A stretch of DNA of 60,943 nucleotides, taken from the IMG/VR virus record IMGVR_UViG_3300045988_155865, positions 1-60,943 of that record. The stretch is one strand, 5' to 3'. Every line of letters begins with the position of its first letter. Position 1 is the stretch's first letter. A program made the position numbers and the translations under genes. Below the pieces are notes generated by a model. The model searched no databases, was not told where the DNA came from, and saw nothing but the letters and a program-made list of their open reading frames with translations. The stretch comes from a virus. Shown in pieces: positions 17,965 through 31,220 of this stretch.

Positions 17965-19752
17965 ATGGCTTTAAATGATTTATTAAAAATTGCAAATAAC
18001 AATAAAAAAATAGGTATTTCAGAAGAGCGTATCAATGAAATAAAAGAACCTCTTAGAAAATATTTTGCTTTTTGGAGAATGTATCCAGATTTATTTGTTG
18101 ATTTTATGTAGACAGGTGGTAAAGCGGTATATTTAAATGATAAAGGATAGAGATGCTATTAGAATGATAGTGGTCAAGAGATTAAACTTACTTTTTCATT
18201 ATTCTTTTATCAAAGAGTGTTTTTGCGCATTGGAATGCGCTTTAAATATGTGTATGCAGTTTTCCCTCGTGCGTATTCTAAGTCATTTTTATCAGTATTG
18301 ATTATGATGATAAGATGTATTTTATACCCAGGAGCGCATTTGTTCAGTGCAGCCGGAGGTAAGGAACAGTCTAGTTAGATTCTGTAGGAAAAAACATTAG
18401 ACATATGCAATAAAATTCCAGCATTTAAAAGAGAAATAGATTGGAGTCGTGGTGCGACATCAATGGGAAAAGACCATTGTAAAGTTATTTTTAAAAATAA
18501 CTCTGATTATGAAAACCTTGCTGCGAGAGAGAGTACAAGAGGTTTGCGTAAACACTCAGGACTGTTGGAAGAGTGTGTTGGTATTGACCAAAAAATGTTA
18601 TAGGAAATTCTTATTCCTTTGATGAACGTATCTCGTCAATGTATGGATGGTACAACTCATGAGGAAGAAGTATTAAATCAATCACAATTATATATTACTA
18701 CAGCTGGATATAAAAATACTTATAGCTATGACAAACTTATTTAGACGTTGGTATAGATGTTAACAGAGCCTGATAAGGCATTTGTTATGGGTGGTACCTG
18801 GAGAATTCCAGTAGCTATTGGATTGCAACCAAAGAATTTCATAAATGACTTAAAAAAAGACTCAACATTTAATGAAGCTTCTTTTGGACGTGAATATGAA
18901 AGTAAATGGTCTGGTACTGTAGAAGATGCTTTCTTTGATGGAGAAAAGTTTGATAGAAATAGAATTTTACAAAAACCAGAGAATGAATGGTCTGGACGTT
19001 CTTCTTCTCAAGCTTATTATATATTAAGTGTCGACGTAGGTAGAAAAGGTTGTCAATCAGTTATTTGCGTTTTTAAGGTAACGCCGCAACCGCAAGGCAC
19101 TTCTATTAAAAATCTAGTAAATATATATACAATTGAAGATGGACATTTTGAAGATTAGGCTATAAAAATTAAAAAATTATTTTATAAATATAAAGCTCGT
19201 AGAGTTGTAATTGATGGTAATGGTCTTGGTATTGGTTTGCTTGATTACATGATAAAATCTCAAGTAGATGGGTCTGGAGATTATTATCCACCTTTTGGAA
19301 TCTATAATGATGATGAAAATTTCTATAAGAAATTTAGAACCAATGATACAGAAGATGAAGCTATTTATATTATAAAGGCGAATGCGCCAATTAATACAGA
19401 AGCTTATTCTACTGTTCAAAGTTAGATTGAAAGTGGAAAAGTAAAATTCTTAATTGAAGAAAAAATAGCTAAAAATAAATTGCTTGGCACAAAAGTTGGA
19501 TAGGCTATGAATCCAGAACAAAGAAATGAATATTTAATTCCTTATAAGCTTACTTCTATATTAAAAGAAGAAATGCTAAATCTTAGAGAGGAAAATGAGG
19601 GTATAAATATTATTTTAAGACAAGCTAATAAGAGTGTTAAAAAAGATAAATTTTCTGCTTTATGTTATGGTTTATATTATATCAAATAGGAAGAAGATAA
19701 TAAGCGTAAAAAGAAAAGATTTAATGCAAAAGACTGGAAATTATTTAATTAA
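17965..19752 (+). CDS. terL: Terminase large subunit (about 595 aa); amber-recoded (about 11 TAG)
   Basis: Deviant Walker A (FPRAYSKSF...PGAHLFSAAGGKEQS). YITTAGYKNT. Nuclease motif YYILSVDVGRKG. One frame across all four track ORFs. Confidence 0.65.
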
Positions 19753-19818
19753 AGTGGGGTTTTTTTAAATAATTTAATATAAATAATTTTTAAGAAACAT
19801 ATGAGAGGAGGTTACTTT

Positions 19819-20175
19819 ATGAGAGCATCTCGTGCGGAAATAAAAATAGAAGATATATTAAAAGAAGCTAATTTAAATTTTCAAATGGAATATAGTTTCG
19901 CTGGACTTAATAGTCCAAATGGCCGACCGTTACGCTTTGATTTTGTAATCTTTGATGATGATGGAAATATAGATTTTATAATAGAATATCAAGGCAAATA
20001 GCATTATGAAGCTAGTTAGAAATTTGGAGGAAAAAGAGGTTTGTATTAGCAATAGTTTAATGATAATAAAAAGCGACGTTTTTGCGCTTTACATGATTTA
20101 AACCTTATTGAAATTCCTTATACAGAAGAAAATTTAATTAACTATGATTATATAATGCATAGGGCTGGATATTAA
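19819..20175 (+). CDS. PD-(D/E)xK-like small nuclease-fold protein (about 118 aa); amber-recoded
   Basis: GRPLRFDFVIFDDDGNIDFIIEYQGK-TAG-HYEAS-TAG-KFGGKRG (D...E-x-K pattern). GAGAGGAGG RBS. Confidence 0.4.
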
Positions 20176-20188
20176 GGAGGTGTAATAT

Positions 20189-21769
20189 TTGGCTATAGAA
20201 CAAGAGGCAATCCATGCGAAAGGCTTTAATATGGGCAAATTAGCTCCTTAGGTAGATTATAGTAAAATTAGAGTTGGAGTAAAATCTTTAGATGATGCAG
20301 TTTTAAATCTTGGGTCTTTGAAAACAGTAGAAAGAAATCTTGGAGACAAAACCACAGTTTTAAGAGCGCTAGCAGATAGAGATTATGAAACTTTAAGAGA
20401 GATTTCAAGATATTTTTATGCAACAAATGGTATATATCACAGAGTATGCGATTATGCGGCTTTTATGTATAGATATGACTGGTATTTAGAGCCAGAAATA
20501 TTTGATACTGAAGTTCCAAGTAAAACTGTATTGTCTGATTTTAGTAAGATATTAGATTATATAGATAAATCTCATATTAAAAAAGTATGTGGAGATATTG
20601 CAAAAAGAATTATTATAGATGGAGCATATTATGGATATGCTATTTAGAATTCTGATAAAATAGTAATTTAGGAATTACCTATTAATTACTGTCGATCTCG
20701 TTATTCCGTAGGAGATATGCCAGCAATAGAATTTAATATGCGATTTTTCGATGAACAATTTAGAGATATAAATTACAGATAGCGTGTTTTAAACTTGTTT
20801 CCTGATGAGTTTAAAAAAGGTTATCTTTTATACAAAAAGGGAAAATTATAGCCTGATTACATTGGAGATACATATGGTAGTTGGTATTTATTAGAGCCAG
20901 GTAATACAATAAAATTTAGTTTTGGTCCAGACGATATTCCAATATTTGTGAACTCTATACCATAGATACTTGATCTTGATGCTGCATAGGATCTAGATCG
21001 CCGCAAACAAATGCAGAAATTATTAAAGATTTTAATTCAAAAATTACCTTTAGATAAAAATGGTGACTTAATATTTGATATTGATGAAGCGAGAGATCTT
21101 CACAACAATGCAATTGAAATGTTAAGGCGTGCTATTGGAGTAGATGTATTAACGACTTTTGCTGATATCAAGGTCGAAGATATGTCTGATAATAATACCA
21201 CAACAACGACAGATGATTTAAAGAAAGTTGAAAGAACTGTATTTAACTCTCTTGGTATCTCATAGAATTTATTTAATACTGATGGAAATCTATCTTTGGA
21301 GAAATCTATTTTAAATGATGAAGCAACATTAAGATAGTTAATACTACAATTTGAAATCTTTTTTGATAGAATGGTTTAGAAAAAGAATCCTCATAAAAAG
21401 AAATATAACTTTAAATTAAGATTCTTAGAAACTACTTAGTATAATTATAAAGAAATGGCAAAGATGTATAAAGAATAGGTATAGTTAGGTTATTCTAAAA
21501 TGTTACCTTAGATTGCGCTTGGCCATGCTCAAAGTTCAATATTAAATACTGCTTACTTTGAAAATGAAGTATTGAACTTGAGTGAAATTATGGTTCCACC
21601 TATGAGTTCTAATACTTTGAATGCAGATGGATTAATAAGTTTAAATGATAGAAAATAGGAGAAGAAAGCTGCGACTTAGACCATAAAGGATGGAACTCCT
21701 GGAAGAAAAGAGCTTCCAGATGATTAGAAAACAGAAAAAACAATTCAAAATAGAGAAAGTATGAGTTAA
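20189..21769 (+). CDS. Portal protein (about 526 aa); amber-recoded (about 19 TAG)
   Basis: AAGGAGGTG RBS with a TTG start (ATG alternative at 20231). A single frame was verified codon by codon to the TAA at 21767-21769. Position between terminase and scaffold/capsid. Confidence 0.55.
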
Positions 21770-21782
21770 GGAGGTTTAGTGT

Positions 21783-23117
21783 ATGAGACATTCAAGTATA
21801 AAAATGAATACTCCATGTGAGTTTATTAATATAGTTCCCCTTAACCCATTAATCTCTAAATGTTAGATTAAGGTTTGTTATGTAGGGGACACTGAAAATA
21901 GAAATAAAAGTGTTATTACAAAAGAAACTGCAAAAAAATTAGCAAATTCTCTTCCTGGAAGTCCTATAGTGGGATATTACAATGAAGATATTCAAGATTT
22001 TGATGAGCATACTAAAGAATTAGTTATAAAAAATGGTGAATTAGTCCTTAAAGAAAAAACAAAACCATATGGATTTGTTGATTTAAATGCTCGTTGTTGG
22101 TTTTAGAAGTATATAGATGATGGAACTAATGAACGAGAATATTTAATGACAGAAGGATACTTATGGACTGGTTAGTTTCCAGAGTGTAAACGTATTATAG
22201 AGCAAGGCAATAATCAATCTATGGAGTTGGATACAGATAGTTTAAATGCCTATTGGACAAAAGATGTTAATGGAAATTATGAATTTTTTATAATTAATGA
22301 TGGACTTATATCAAAATTATGTATTTTAGGAGACGAACAAGAACCTTGTTTTGAAGGTTCTACAATTACAAAACCTAAAATAGAATTTACATTTGACAAT
22401 GATTTCAAAGATGCAATGCAATTAATGATTTGTCAATTACAAGAAATTTTAACCAAAGGAGGCTCAGCCAATATGGAAAATAAAGACAAGAACATGATTC
22501 CAGATGAATATAAGAAAAAAGACGACGACAAACAAGAAAAAAAGGACGAAACTAAACAAGAAGAATCAAATAAAACTGATAATAATACAGAGGAAGAAGA
22601 TAAAAAGAAAAAGAAAGAGTTTTCAGAAGAGGTATGTCCGAAATGTGGAAAACCTGTATCTGAATGTACTTGTAAGAAAGAATATTCATTAGAAGAAATT
22701 CCTGAATATATTCAATTAAAAACTGAATTTTCAGCACTTCAAGGAAAATATGATGATTTAATTGGACAAATGAATACTTTAACACAGTCATTAACAAGTT
22801 TACAGGAATTTAAAACTGTAGCTGATAAAAAAGAAAAATTAGCTATGATTGATCAATTTTATATGTTATCAGATAAGGATAAGGAAGATGTTGTAAAGAA
22901 TATTGATACTTATTCTTTAGAAGATATAGAAAATAAGTTGTCTGTTATTTGCTTCCGCAATAAAGTTAATTTTAATGCAGAAGAAAATAATGCTGAAGAT
23001 AAAGATAATGCTCAAGAAGAAAAGAAAGATCCTACAACTTATAACTTAAATGGTCTTGAGAATAATTCAGTTCCTGCTTGGGTGCGTGCTGTAGCCGCAA
23101 CTCAAGGAAATATGTAA
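21783..23117 (+). CDS. Head scaffolding protein (444 aa), possibly with N-terminal prohead protease-like region; amber-recoded
   Basis: Acidic/Lys-rich linker, CPKCGKPVSECTC, then coiled-coil LKTEFSALQGKYDDLIGQMNTLTQSLTSLQEF. Directly upstream of the capsid gene. Confidence 0.45.
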
Positions 23118-23142
23118 TTAAATCAAAGGAGGAAATAAATAG

Positions 23143-23811
23143 ATGGCAAAAACAAAGCTTAGTAAAGCAGCCTATGTAACTCGTGGTTATGGTCAGGTAG
23201 AGCCAAATCATTTATCGGCACAAAGAACTGGTCAAATTTATGCACAGTTACCAGCAGCTGATACGATTGACGTTTTAGAAAATGGTCAATTTGTTAAATA
23301 TGACTATCCTTCTGGCCTTGTTAATTTTACAGGTAAAGGCGAATGGATGCTTGTTTTTAATGAGGTAAAAATATACAGAGATGGTCTTGATTATAATGAT
23401 TTTGCAATGAAAAAAGAAGATTATGTTGCAAGAGTTTATAGTCCAATAGATGGAGAAGGTTCAAAAACTGCAAAATCAAGAGATTATAGCAAAGTTGTTA
23501 CTCCAGCAGATCCTTATGAACCAGATTCAACAAATGATCCATTTATTCTTGAATAGTTTAAGAGACCTAAAATGATGCCAGAAGGCACAACTATGGTTCC
23601 AAGAGTATTTAAAACAAATATCGGTGATATTTTCACAACAAATACAGTAAATGAAACAGAGCTTGCGGTTGGAGATATTTTACACGTAGGCGACGATGGT
23701 TACTTAACAAAGACAGCTGGTACTAATGCAGGTGATATGCAGTGGCAAGTTGCTAAAGTTTATACATTAGCAGATAGACAAAAGGCTGTTAAGATTATGA
23801 GAATTGCGTAA
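23143..23811 (+). CDS. Head structural protein (222 aa, one in-frame TAG)
   Basis: Track ORFs 23143-23556 and 23572-23811 are in the same frame, separated by TAG. Lies between scaffold and capsid. Confidence 0.45.
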
Positions 23812-23831
23812 TAGAAAGGAGAAATAGAATA

Positions 23832-24923
23832 ATGGCTTTAGATAAGAACAATCTTTTATCACTTATGAAAACTGTAGCTAAGGCTGACCCGACTTCTCCT
23901 ACAGCTTATAGTTATGATGGACAGTCTTTTTCATACGAAGCATTAAATAAAACACTTCGTGATGAATTAAATATGTATGCTGGCACTTATCCTCTTTATA
24001 GAGAAAATAAAAACTTAATTTTCTCTTTAATCGAAGAAACTATGGATGATATTCTTCCAAAGAAAGTGCAAGATTCATATGGTCAGTTTGCTGAAGTAAA
24101 AACTTTTAAGCAAGGAGATAAACCAGTTTTCCGTAGAAAAGTTAATGCAAAGATGCGTGCTAAACAATTCATTACAAGAGTAGGCTTAGCAGGTATTTAT
24201 GAAGTATTCAAGCTAGGAGGACGCGAAAGCTTCGAAGTTCCTACAAGTGCTGTAGGTGGAGCTGCTCAAATCGGACTTGAAGAATTCTTAGATGGTATGG
24301 TTAATTTCGCAGAAGTAACTCAGATAGTTATGGAGGGTATTGACGAAATTATTTATAGAGAAGCAGCTAAGGCACTTCAAGATTCAATTAATCAGTTACC
24401 AGCTGCAAATAGAACAGCTGCTGCTGGTTTCGACGAAGAGGCTTTTGACCAGTTGGTTAATGTTGCAGCTGCATATGGTGAGCCAACAATTTATTGTACT
24501 TACGAATTTGCAGTAAAAATGGTTCCTTCAGACGCTTGGAGATATACTGAAGCTATGAAGAATGAATTATGGACAACTGGAAGACTTGCTTCATACAAAG
24601 GTCATAGAGTAATTATATTGCCACAAACTTTTATGGATGAAACAAATTCTACAAAGGTTATTGACCCTGGTTATTGTTGGATTATCCCATCTGGCGGAGA
24701 TACAAAACCAGTAAAAATTGCTTTTGAAGGTCAAACAATTGTAGATGAATATACAAACAAAGACAGATCAAGAGAAATTCAAGTATATAAGAAGGTTGGA
24801 GTAGTTGCATTAATGACTAACAACATTTGTTCTTATATTGATACTTCACTACAAAATAAGATGGATACTTGGGCTTTGAACAACACTTCTATCAAGAATA
24901 CAGTTGTAGTGAAAAACGCATAA
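23832..24923 (+). CDS. Major capsid protein (363 aa)
   Basis: Size, position and composition are typical of an HK97-fold MCP. A strong terminator follows. Confidence 0.6.
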   Translation: MALDKNNLLSLMKTVAKADPTSPTAYSYDGQSFSYEALNKTLRDELNMYAGTYPLYRENKNLIFSLIEETMDDILPKKVQDSYGQFAEVKTFKQGDKPVFRRKVNAKMRAKQFITRVGLAGIYEVFKLGGRESFEVPTSAVGGAAQIGLEEFLDGMVNFAEVTQIVMEGIDEIIYREAAKALQDSINQLPAANRTAAAGFDEEAFDQLVNVAAAYGEPTIYCTYEFAVKMVPSDAWRYTEAMKNELWTTGRLASYKGHRVIILPQTFMDETNSTKVIDPGYCWIIPSGGDTKPVKIAFEGQTIVDEYTNKDRSREIQVYKKVGVVALMTNNICSYIDTSLQNKMDTWALNNTSIKNTVVVKNA

Positions 24924-24948
24924 TAAAACCCAATAATAGATAAAAACA

Positions 24949-24986
24949 GGGGAGGAGAAGATTACTCTCCTCCCCTATTTTGTTTT
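24949..24986 (+). terminator. Intrinsic terminator after the capsid gene
   Basis: ggggaggagaag-attac-tctcctcccc, then tattttgtttt. Confidence 0.75.
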
Positions 24987-25014
24987 ATGAAAAGAGAAAA
25001 AGGAGAATAAAAAA

Positions 25015-25581
25015 ATGGAAAAAACACAACTTATAAAAGTTAAAAATAGAAGTGCCGGACAGGTAGTTTACAGCATTCCGGAAGATAATATTAGAAGAAT
25101 ATTTGCGTCTGGCGAAGAGAAAAACATTCAGTTAGGCGAATTAGAAAAGTTGACTTATCAGGGGGGCGGTAAAGAATTAATAGCTAATTATTTGCAATTA
25201 ACAGACCCAAGAGCAACTGAAGAATTAAACGTTCATACTGAACCTGAGTATTGGATGAATGAAGAACAGATTTTAGATTTGTTACAGAGTGGTTCCCAAG
25301 AACAGTTTTTAGATGCTTTAGATTTTGCCCCTCAAGGAGTAATAGATTTAATTAAAGATTTAGCAGTTAAAATTCGTTTAAATGATTTTAATAAAAGAGA
25401 AGCTATAAAAGCAAAAACTGGTTTTGATGTATCTGCAGCTTTAGCTCATATAGAAGAAGAAAAAGCAGAAGATAATACTTCAGAAGTACAACAAGCAAAG
25501 CGCAGAGTTCAACCAGCAGAAGATACAGCAGAAACAGCACGTAGAACTACACCAAAGACTTATAATGTAGTAACAAAATAA
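25015..25581 (+). CDS. Hypothetical head/neck protein (188 aa)
   Basis: Complete ORF with GGAGAA RBS and no TAG. Confidence 0.5.
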   Translation: MEKTQLIKVKNRSAGQVVYSIPEDNIRRIFASGEEKNIQLGELEKLTYQGGGKELIANYLQLTDPRATEELNVHTEPEYWMNEEQILDLLQSGSQEQFLDALDFAPQGVIDLIKDLAVKIRLNDFNKREAIKAKTGFDVSAALAHIEEEKAEDNTSEVQQAKRRVQPAEDTAETARRTTPKTYNVVTK

Positions 25582-25603
25582 TCAAGAAAGGAGGCAGATT
25601 GCA

Positions 25604-26158
25604 ATGACTAAATTTGCAACTGTTTATAATCGTTTTCTTGGTAAAGTTACCGATGATATGTATGTAGAATTAACCCCAGAAGATACATTAAGAGATTTAT
25701 AGAATTTATTAATAGATTCAATACCTTGTTTTGAATTTCCTCGTAAAAATCTTTACGATTATACAATTTCTAAAGATACACTTCTTCCTGATAAAATTAC
25801 AGATGAGGATTTTGTAATTGAAAAGAATGAGATAGAAGTTATTGTTGATACTTCTAATTTTACGGAGGACTTAACTTCAGAGGAAATTAACATATTAGCT
25901 TACTTAATGTTAGATAGGTGGCTATAGAGATAGATTACTTCAATAGAAAATACTCGTATGAAATACAGTGGTTCTGATTTTAAATTTACCTCTCAAGCAA
26001 ATCATCTTCAAAAGCTTGTTACCGAACAAGAGAAAAATTATCAACGAGCTTTTCATCTACAAAGGTTATATAAACGTAGAAAACAAGATGATAAAGATGG
26101 AGGAAAATACAAATCTACTTGGCGCGTTTTTGAAAAGAGTGTATTTGATGAATAGTAA
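25604..26158 (+). CDS. Head-tail connector/adaptor (gp6-like, about 184 aa); amber-recoded
   Basis: AAAGGAGG RBS. AYLMLDRWL-TAG-R-TAG-ITSIEN. Typical position after the capsid. Confidence 0.45.
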
Positions 26159-26450
26159 ATATGAATTTAGCTTTACATCTGAAGCGCAATTAGATAATTT
26201 TAATAGGCTAACAAATTAGATTTGGAAACTTCTTCCAATGAGAGAGAATAATGAAAATTGGAAAAAACAATTAAGTGTAGTAATCATTGAAATTGCGGGG
26301 TTAGGAGAAATTTTTTCTCATAACCCTATTCTTTTATAGTTATTATCTAAACTTGAGGGGTTGAACATAATAGATACAAGTTTTGAAGTTTTTAGACGAA
26401 CTATATTTGAATCTATTAGCTTAGTTCAAGAGGTAAAAAATAATGAATAA
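26148..26450 (+). CDS. Hypothetical neck protein (about 100 aa); one TAG
   Basis: Overlaps the upstream stop. MNSKYEFSFTSEAQLDNFNRLTN-TAG-IWKLL... Confidence 0.35.
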
Positions 26451-27438
26451 ATCTTAGATCTTATTGGCAGCGAGAATGGGGTTATATCAGTCTGGTACTA
26501 CTGATGCCGGAGAACTACCAGAAATTTTACAACACTAGGGCGGTTTTCCGCAACAAGATAGAATGATAAAAGATAAATATCGTTCTTTTAAAAGAGCTTT
26601 AACTTATTCTTATCAAGGGGCCTTCATTTAGCCTATTGGACAAGAAGAATAGTATAGAGCATTAATAAATCCAAATAAAGTAAAACAAGATTATGATGAT
26701 AAGATTATTTCTGTTGATTTTTAGTATGGGTTAAAGCCTGGAGATATTTTTAATTGGGTTAATACCAATACTTATTGGTTAATTTATCTACAAGAATTAA
26801 CAGAATTAGCTTATTTTAGAGGGGACATCCGCAGATGTAATTATACGATAGACTGGCTGAACAAGGATGGAGAAAGACAATCTATATATGCGGCAGTAAG
26901 AGGCCCAGTTGAAACAAAAATAGATTATATTCAAAAAGAAGGAATTAGTGTAGATAATCCTAATCATTCTTTAAATATATTAATTCCAAAAAATGAAGAA
27001 ACATTGGCTTATTTTAAACGATATTCAAAATTTTATTTACAAGAAGATACAAATACCTGTTGGAGAATTGAAGGAGTAGATTCTATTAGTATGCCTGGGG
27101 TTATAGAAATTAATGCGGTTGAATATTATATCAATGATTTCTATGATGAAGATGGTATAGTTGATAAATTAAATGTAAAACAAATTCCAGAAGATGCTGC
27201 TACTACTGAAATCGAGGGTCCAACTTTTATAAAACCAAAAACTACATATGCTTATGCTTATATGGGCGAAGAAAGCACTGTTGGAGAATGGTCTGTAAAA
27301 GAAAAAGATATGCCAGTTGAAATTAATAAAGCTAGTGATACTATTATTTCATTAAAATGGAATAAAAACTATAGTGGATAGTTTACATTATAGTGCGGAG
27401 ATGCAACTAAAACAATAGTTGTTGAGTCATTGTTTTAA
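26443..27438 (+). CDS. Hypothetical structural protein (about 331 aa); amber-recoded
   Basis: AGAGGT RBS, ATGA-type overlap with the upstream gene, frame continuous with TAG only, TAA stop. Confidence 0.4.
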
Positions 27439-27460
27439 TGACTAAGGAGGAAAAGGTGCT

Positions 27461-28030
27461 ATGAAAATAGAAAATTATTAGTTCAATAAATCAAGTTTTT
27501 TGTCCGTTGAAAAAGATATGTCTATTATTGTAGATAAAATGCTTTCAAATGAAAGACTAAAAAAATTATTATTTTATACAACCAAAGACGCTTACAAGAA
27601 GCCTAATTTATCAGAGGAAGAGACTTTATCACTTTTTGGGAAATAGATTAAAATTGTTCCAAAATTATATGTTGATCCTAATATATAGGCTTATATAAAT
27701 ATTATATTTGATAATTTTGTTCCAAATGGTACTAACCCAGAATTTAGAGATAATATTATTTCTTTTGATATTGTTTGTCACCATGATTAGTGGCAATTAC
27801 AGGATTTTTAGCTAAGACCTTATCGTATTGCTGCAGAAATAGATTAGATGCTTGATAAAAAGCATTTAACAGGAATAGGAAAATTATATTTCTTAGGAGG
27901 AAAGAGACTTATTATTAACGATGAGTTTTCTGGATTCTCTATAGATTATGCAGCTATACATGGAAATGAAGATAAAATAAATGCACTAAGCCCAGAAGAA
28001 GAAAAAATTTTATTTGGGGAAAATGAATAA
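27461..28030 (+). CDS. Hypothetical tail-completion-region protein (about 189 aa); amber-recoded
   Basis: GGAGGAAAAGG RBS. Several in-frame TAG. TAA stop. Confidence 0.4.
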
Positions 28031-28755
28031 TGAAAGATATTTCTCTTGCTTTAATTGCTGGAGTTGATATACCAGTAGAAGAATGTCATTTGGTGTTACA
28101 TCAACCAAAATTAAGAGAAATAGCTTTAATAGGAGAAAAAGATTTCTTGAATGGAGTTTAGTGTTTAAATATAAATAAAAGTCTTTGTGGAGACAAGGAC
28201 GAAAGTCTTTTATAGAATACTACAAATTTTTAGATATTTATGACAGCAATGTTAGATAAAAGAGTGCAAGAAAAAAAGGCAAATGTTGAATAGGTATTAT
28301 CTTTATTATTGCCTAATTATAAAGTTACTTTTATTCCTTAGTCTTTAATTTTAATGAAAGAGGGATAGTAGCCAGTTTCAATTGATAATAGTAATTTTGA
28401 CACCTTTCAAGATATTATTGCTTCAATTTTTTGCATAAAACCTGGAATGGGAGATTCTTTTAATCCCGGCACTGAAAAAGCAAATGAGATTGCGGAAAAG
28501 TTAATGAAAGCTCGATAGAGAGTTGCTCAAGAAAAAGGTGAAAGTGAAATAAGCTCTTTTAGCACTTATATTTCTTCTTTAGCAATCGCGCAATAGCAAA
28601 CCATAACAGAAATTTCAGAGTATACTATTTATTAGTTATATGATGCATTAGAAAGATATTAGTTATGGTTGACTTGGGATATAGATATGAAATCTCGTTT
28701 GGCTGGTGGGAAACCAGACAATAAACCAGAAAATTGGATGAAAAACATTCATTAA
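28030..28755 (+). CDS. Hypothetical protein (about 241 aa); amber-recoded
   Basis: taATG overlap. About 10 in-frame TAG. TAA stop. Confidence 0.35.
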
Positions 28756-28778
28756 TAAATAAAGGAGGAAAATAACTC

Positions 28779-29756
28779 ATGAAATATGGTATTCGTGAAA
28801 TATGCGATGTCGTTTTAAGAGCAAAAACTACTCAAAAAATTGGCAAGATGGAATTCCAAAAAGATATGCCAGTTCTTTATTTTGATAGCTTAAAAACTTC
28901 AAGCTTAGAGGGTGCTGCTACGTCAGTTTATGCTACTGGTGGTAGAGGTAACACGAGATTAATTGCATGGGAAGGTGAAAGAACTATTACTTTCACGATG
29001 GAAGATGCTTTAATTTCACCAATTAGTTTAGCTGTATTATCTGGAGCTGGAGTTCTTGAAGGCTCAGAAGATAATGAAATGTCTCAGGTTAAACATGCAA
29101 CAGAGACTGCAGCAGTGGTAACTTCAAATACTGTTAAATATTGTGAAATTACTAAAGCGCCTTATGTGGAAACAGGTAAAGAATTTTATTTATATATAAT
29201 TCCACTTGATGCGCATGGTGATATGGCAGGTCAGCCAATAAGAGTAGACGCATTTAAACAATTTACTGGAGTTACTGTTTCAGAAGGTATGATTGGTTTA
29301 GACTTATCTGAAATTTATGGTAAAGCATTAAAGCAATGCGATTTAGTAATGGTTGATTATTATTATAAAGATACAAAATCACTTGCTACAATGATTGATA
29401 TTGATGCATCACACTTTGCTGGTAACTATTACTTAGAGGCTTCAACATTATGGAGAAATAAATCTGGTATTGATGTAGACGCTGAATTTATAATTCCTAA
29501 TTGTAAGATTCAATCGAATTTCACATTCACATTAGCAGCTACTGGTGATCCAAGTACATTTACATTTACTATGGATGCTTTCCCAGATTATACAAAGTAT
29601 AATAAATCAAAGAAAGTGCTATGTGCGATAAGAGTAGTAGAAGAAGACAATAAGACAACATCTACTTTCAAAGGTGAAACGATAGGAAATACTGCTCACA
29701 CAGGAGATGCAGCTGGAAGAGCATCTTGGAGAAATACAGTAACAGATAACGAATAA
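28779..29756 (+). CDS. Major tail protein (325 aa)
   Basis: AAGGAGGAAAA RBS, abundant Gly/Thr/Ser beta-rich composition, strong terminator after. Sits upstream of the chaperone and tape measure. Confidence 0.55.
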   Translation: MKYGIREICDVVLRAKTTQKIGKMEFQKDMPVLYFDSLKTSSLEGAATSVYATGGRGNTRLIAWEGERTITFTMEDALISPISLAVLSGAGVLEGSEDNEMSQVKHATETAAVVTSNTVKYCEITKAPYVETGKEFYLYIIPLDAHGDMAGQPIRVDAFKQFTGVTVSEGMIGLDLSEIYGKALKQCDLVMVDYYYKDTKSLATMIDIDASHFAGNYYLEASTLWRNKSGIDVDAEFIIPNCKIQSNFTFTLAATGDPSTFTFTMDAFPDYTKYNKSKKVLCAIRVVEEDNKTTSTFKGETIGNTAHTGDAAGRASWRNTVTDNE

Positions 29757-29762
29757 TTTTAA

Positions 29763-29800
29763 GGGAGAGGTTAAACCTCTCCCCTTATTTTTTTTATTTG
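29763..29800 (+). terminator. Intrinsic terminator after the major tail gene
   Basis: gggagagg-ttaaa-cctctccc plus a T10 run. Confidence 0.75.
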
Positions 29801-29813
29801 AGGGTGAAGTGCA

Positions 29814-31166
29814 ATGGGTAAAGAATTATTTAATTATGTAACCAGTAAAATGTCTGCTTATCCTAATGTTCTAAAAAATAGATAGTACTTCTGGAATCCT
29901 CCAGAAGGCAGTGGAGAGCCTAAATATGCTGAGCTAAATAATATACCTGATATTTCTACTTAGAATATTCATGATAAACAAATGAATACTTTGCAAGGAA
30001 TTGCCAATTAGATTGGAAATAAATATAAAGTTTTAAATGAGCAATTATTTGGAACAGACTTAACTAATATTTATAATCCTAATGGAACATTGCAAGAAAT
30101 ATCTCAAGGAATTTTAGACAATATATTTAATTTAAGAGAAGCTGTTAATAGAAAAGGAATAGATTATTAGAAAGATATTGCAGAAATAGAACGTCAAAAT
30201 TATGATGTTGGTACAAGTTTGTTAAATTTAAGAAATATTTTATCTACTATTAAAATTAATGCGCCAATAGTAGATTCTACTTTAGCGCAATTAAATCATA
30301 TCTTAGATGGATTAAATACCCGAGGAAAAAGATATGGTCGATACGAAGGTAATAAATATCGAATAAATTCAATGAATTCTAAAGCTTTAAATGATTTTTT
30401 AAGCAATATAAATTAGACTCAAGGATATTTATTAGAAGCTTTAGGTACTTAGTGGTTTAATGAAAGGATTCCTTCTAATATAAATATAAAAGCTATAAAT
30501 ACTGGTAAATTAAATGTTAAAGCAAAATAGGTAATTCAAGATATTATGATGATTGATATGACAGATACAAATCTTATGAATGATGTTATAATTCAATTTA
30601 CAATAAAAGGAGAAAAATAGGAACTACCTTTGGGAGAATTTTTAAATAAGTTAGATACTTGGACTGGCCCTGGTTAGATAAGTGTTGATGATTAGACAAT
30701 GGAATTAATAGAATCATTAAGCTTTTTAAATATTTAGGCCAAGTCTGGTAAAGCATAGTTGCCATGGAATAGAAACGTAAAGAACTCTTTTAGAATAGGA
30801 GATTTAGATGAAAGCATGCCTGAATGGAATGGTCTTTCTGGTGCGGTTATATTTTAGATTTTATAGCAATTAGCAGAAGTAAGTATAAATAAAGGAATTC
30901 CTTATATTGAAACTACTGGTGGTGCTCCTTATCAAAAGATTGTAAATTATGCTTTTTCAGCCAAATTAGGTTAGTTAATGAATTATTCTACAACGTCATC
31001 AAATAACCAATATCTATTAACATCAAAAGGTTTTATTTCTTTTGCTGATAGAATGAAAGAGATATTAGGAGAAGTAGGATATATTAGACTTATTGGTGAT
31101 ATGAATATAGATAGAAATGTATTAACACAAGTTCATAGTGTTGGATATACCACAAAAGGATTTTGA
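29814..31166 (+). CDS. Hypothetical tail-associated protein (about 450 aa); amber-recoded
   Basis: Frame shared by three track ORFs. About 20 in-frame TAG. TGA stop. Confidence 0.4.
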
Positions 31167-31220
31167 CAAATGAAAAATTTTTTGATATAATTATATAAAG
31201 AGATAAAGGAGGCTATTAAA

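Noticed and set aside
21340-21380. An apparent frameshift in the portal gene at a T-run
   Set aside because: The run is six T, not five. After a codon-by-codon recount the frame is continuous from 20189 to the TAA at 21767.
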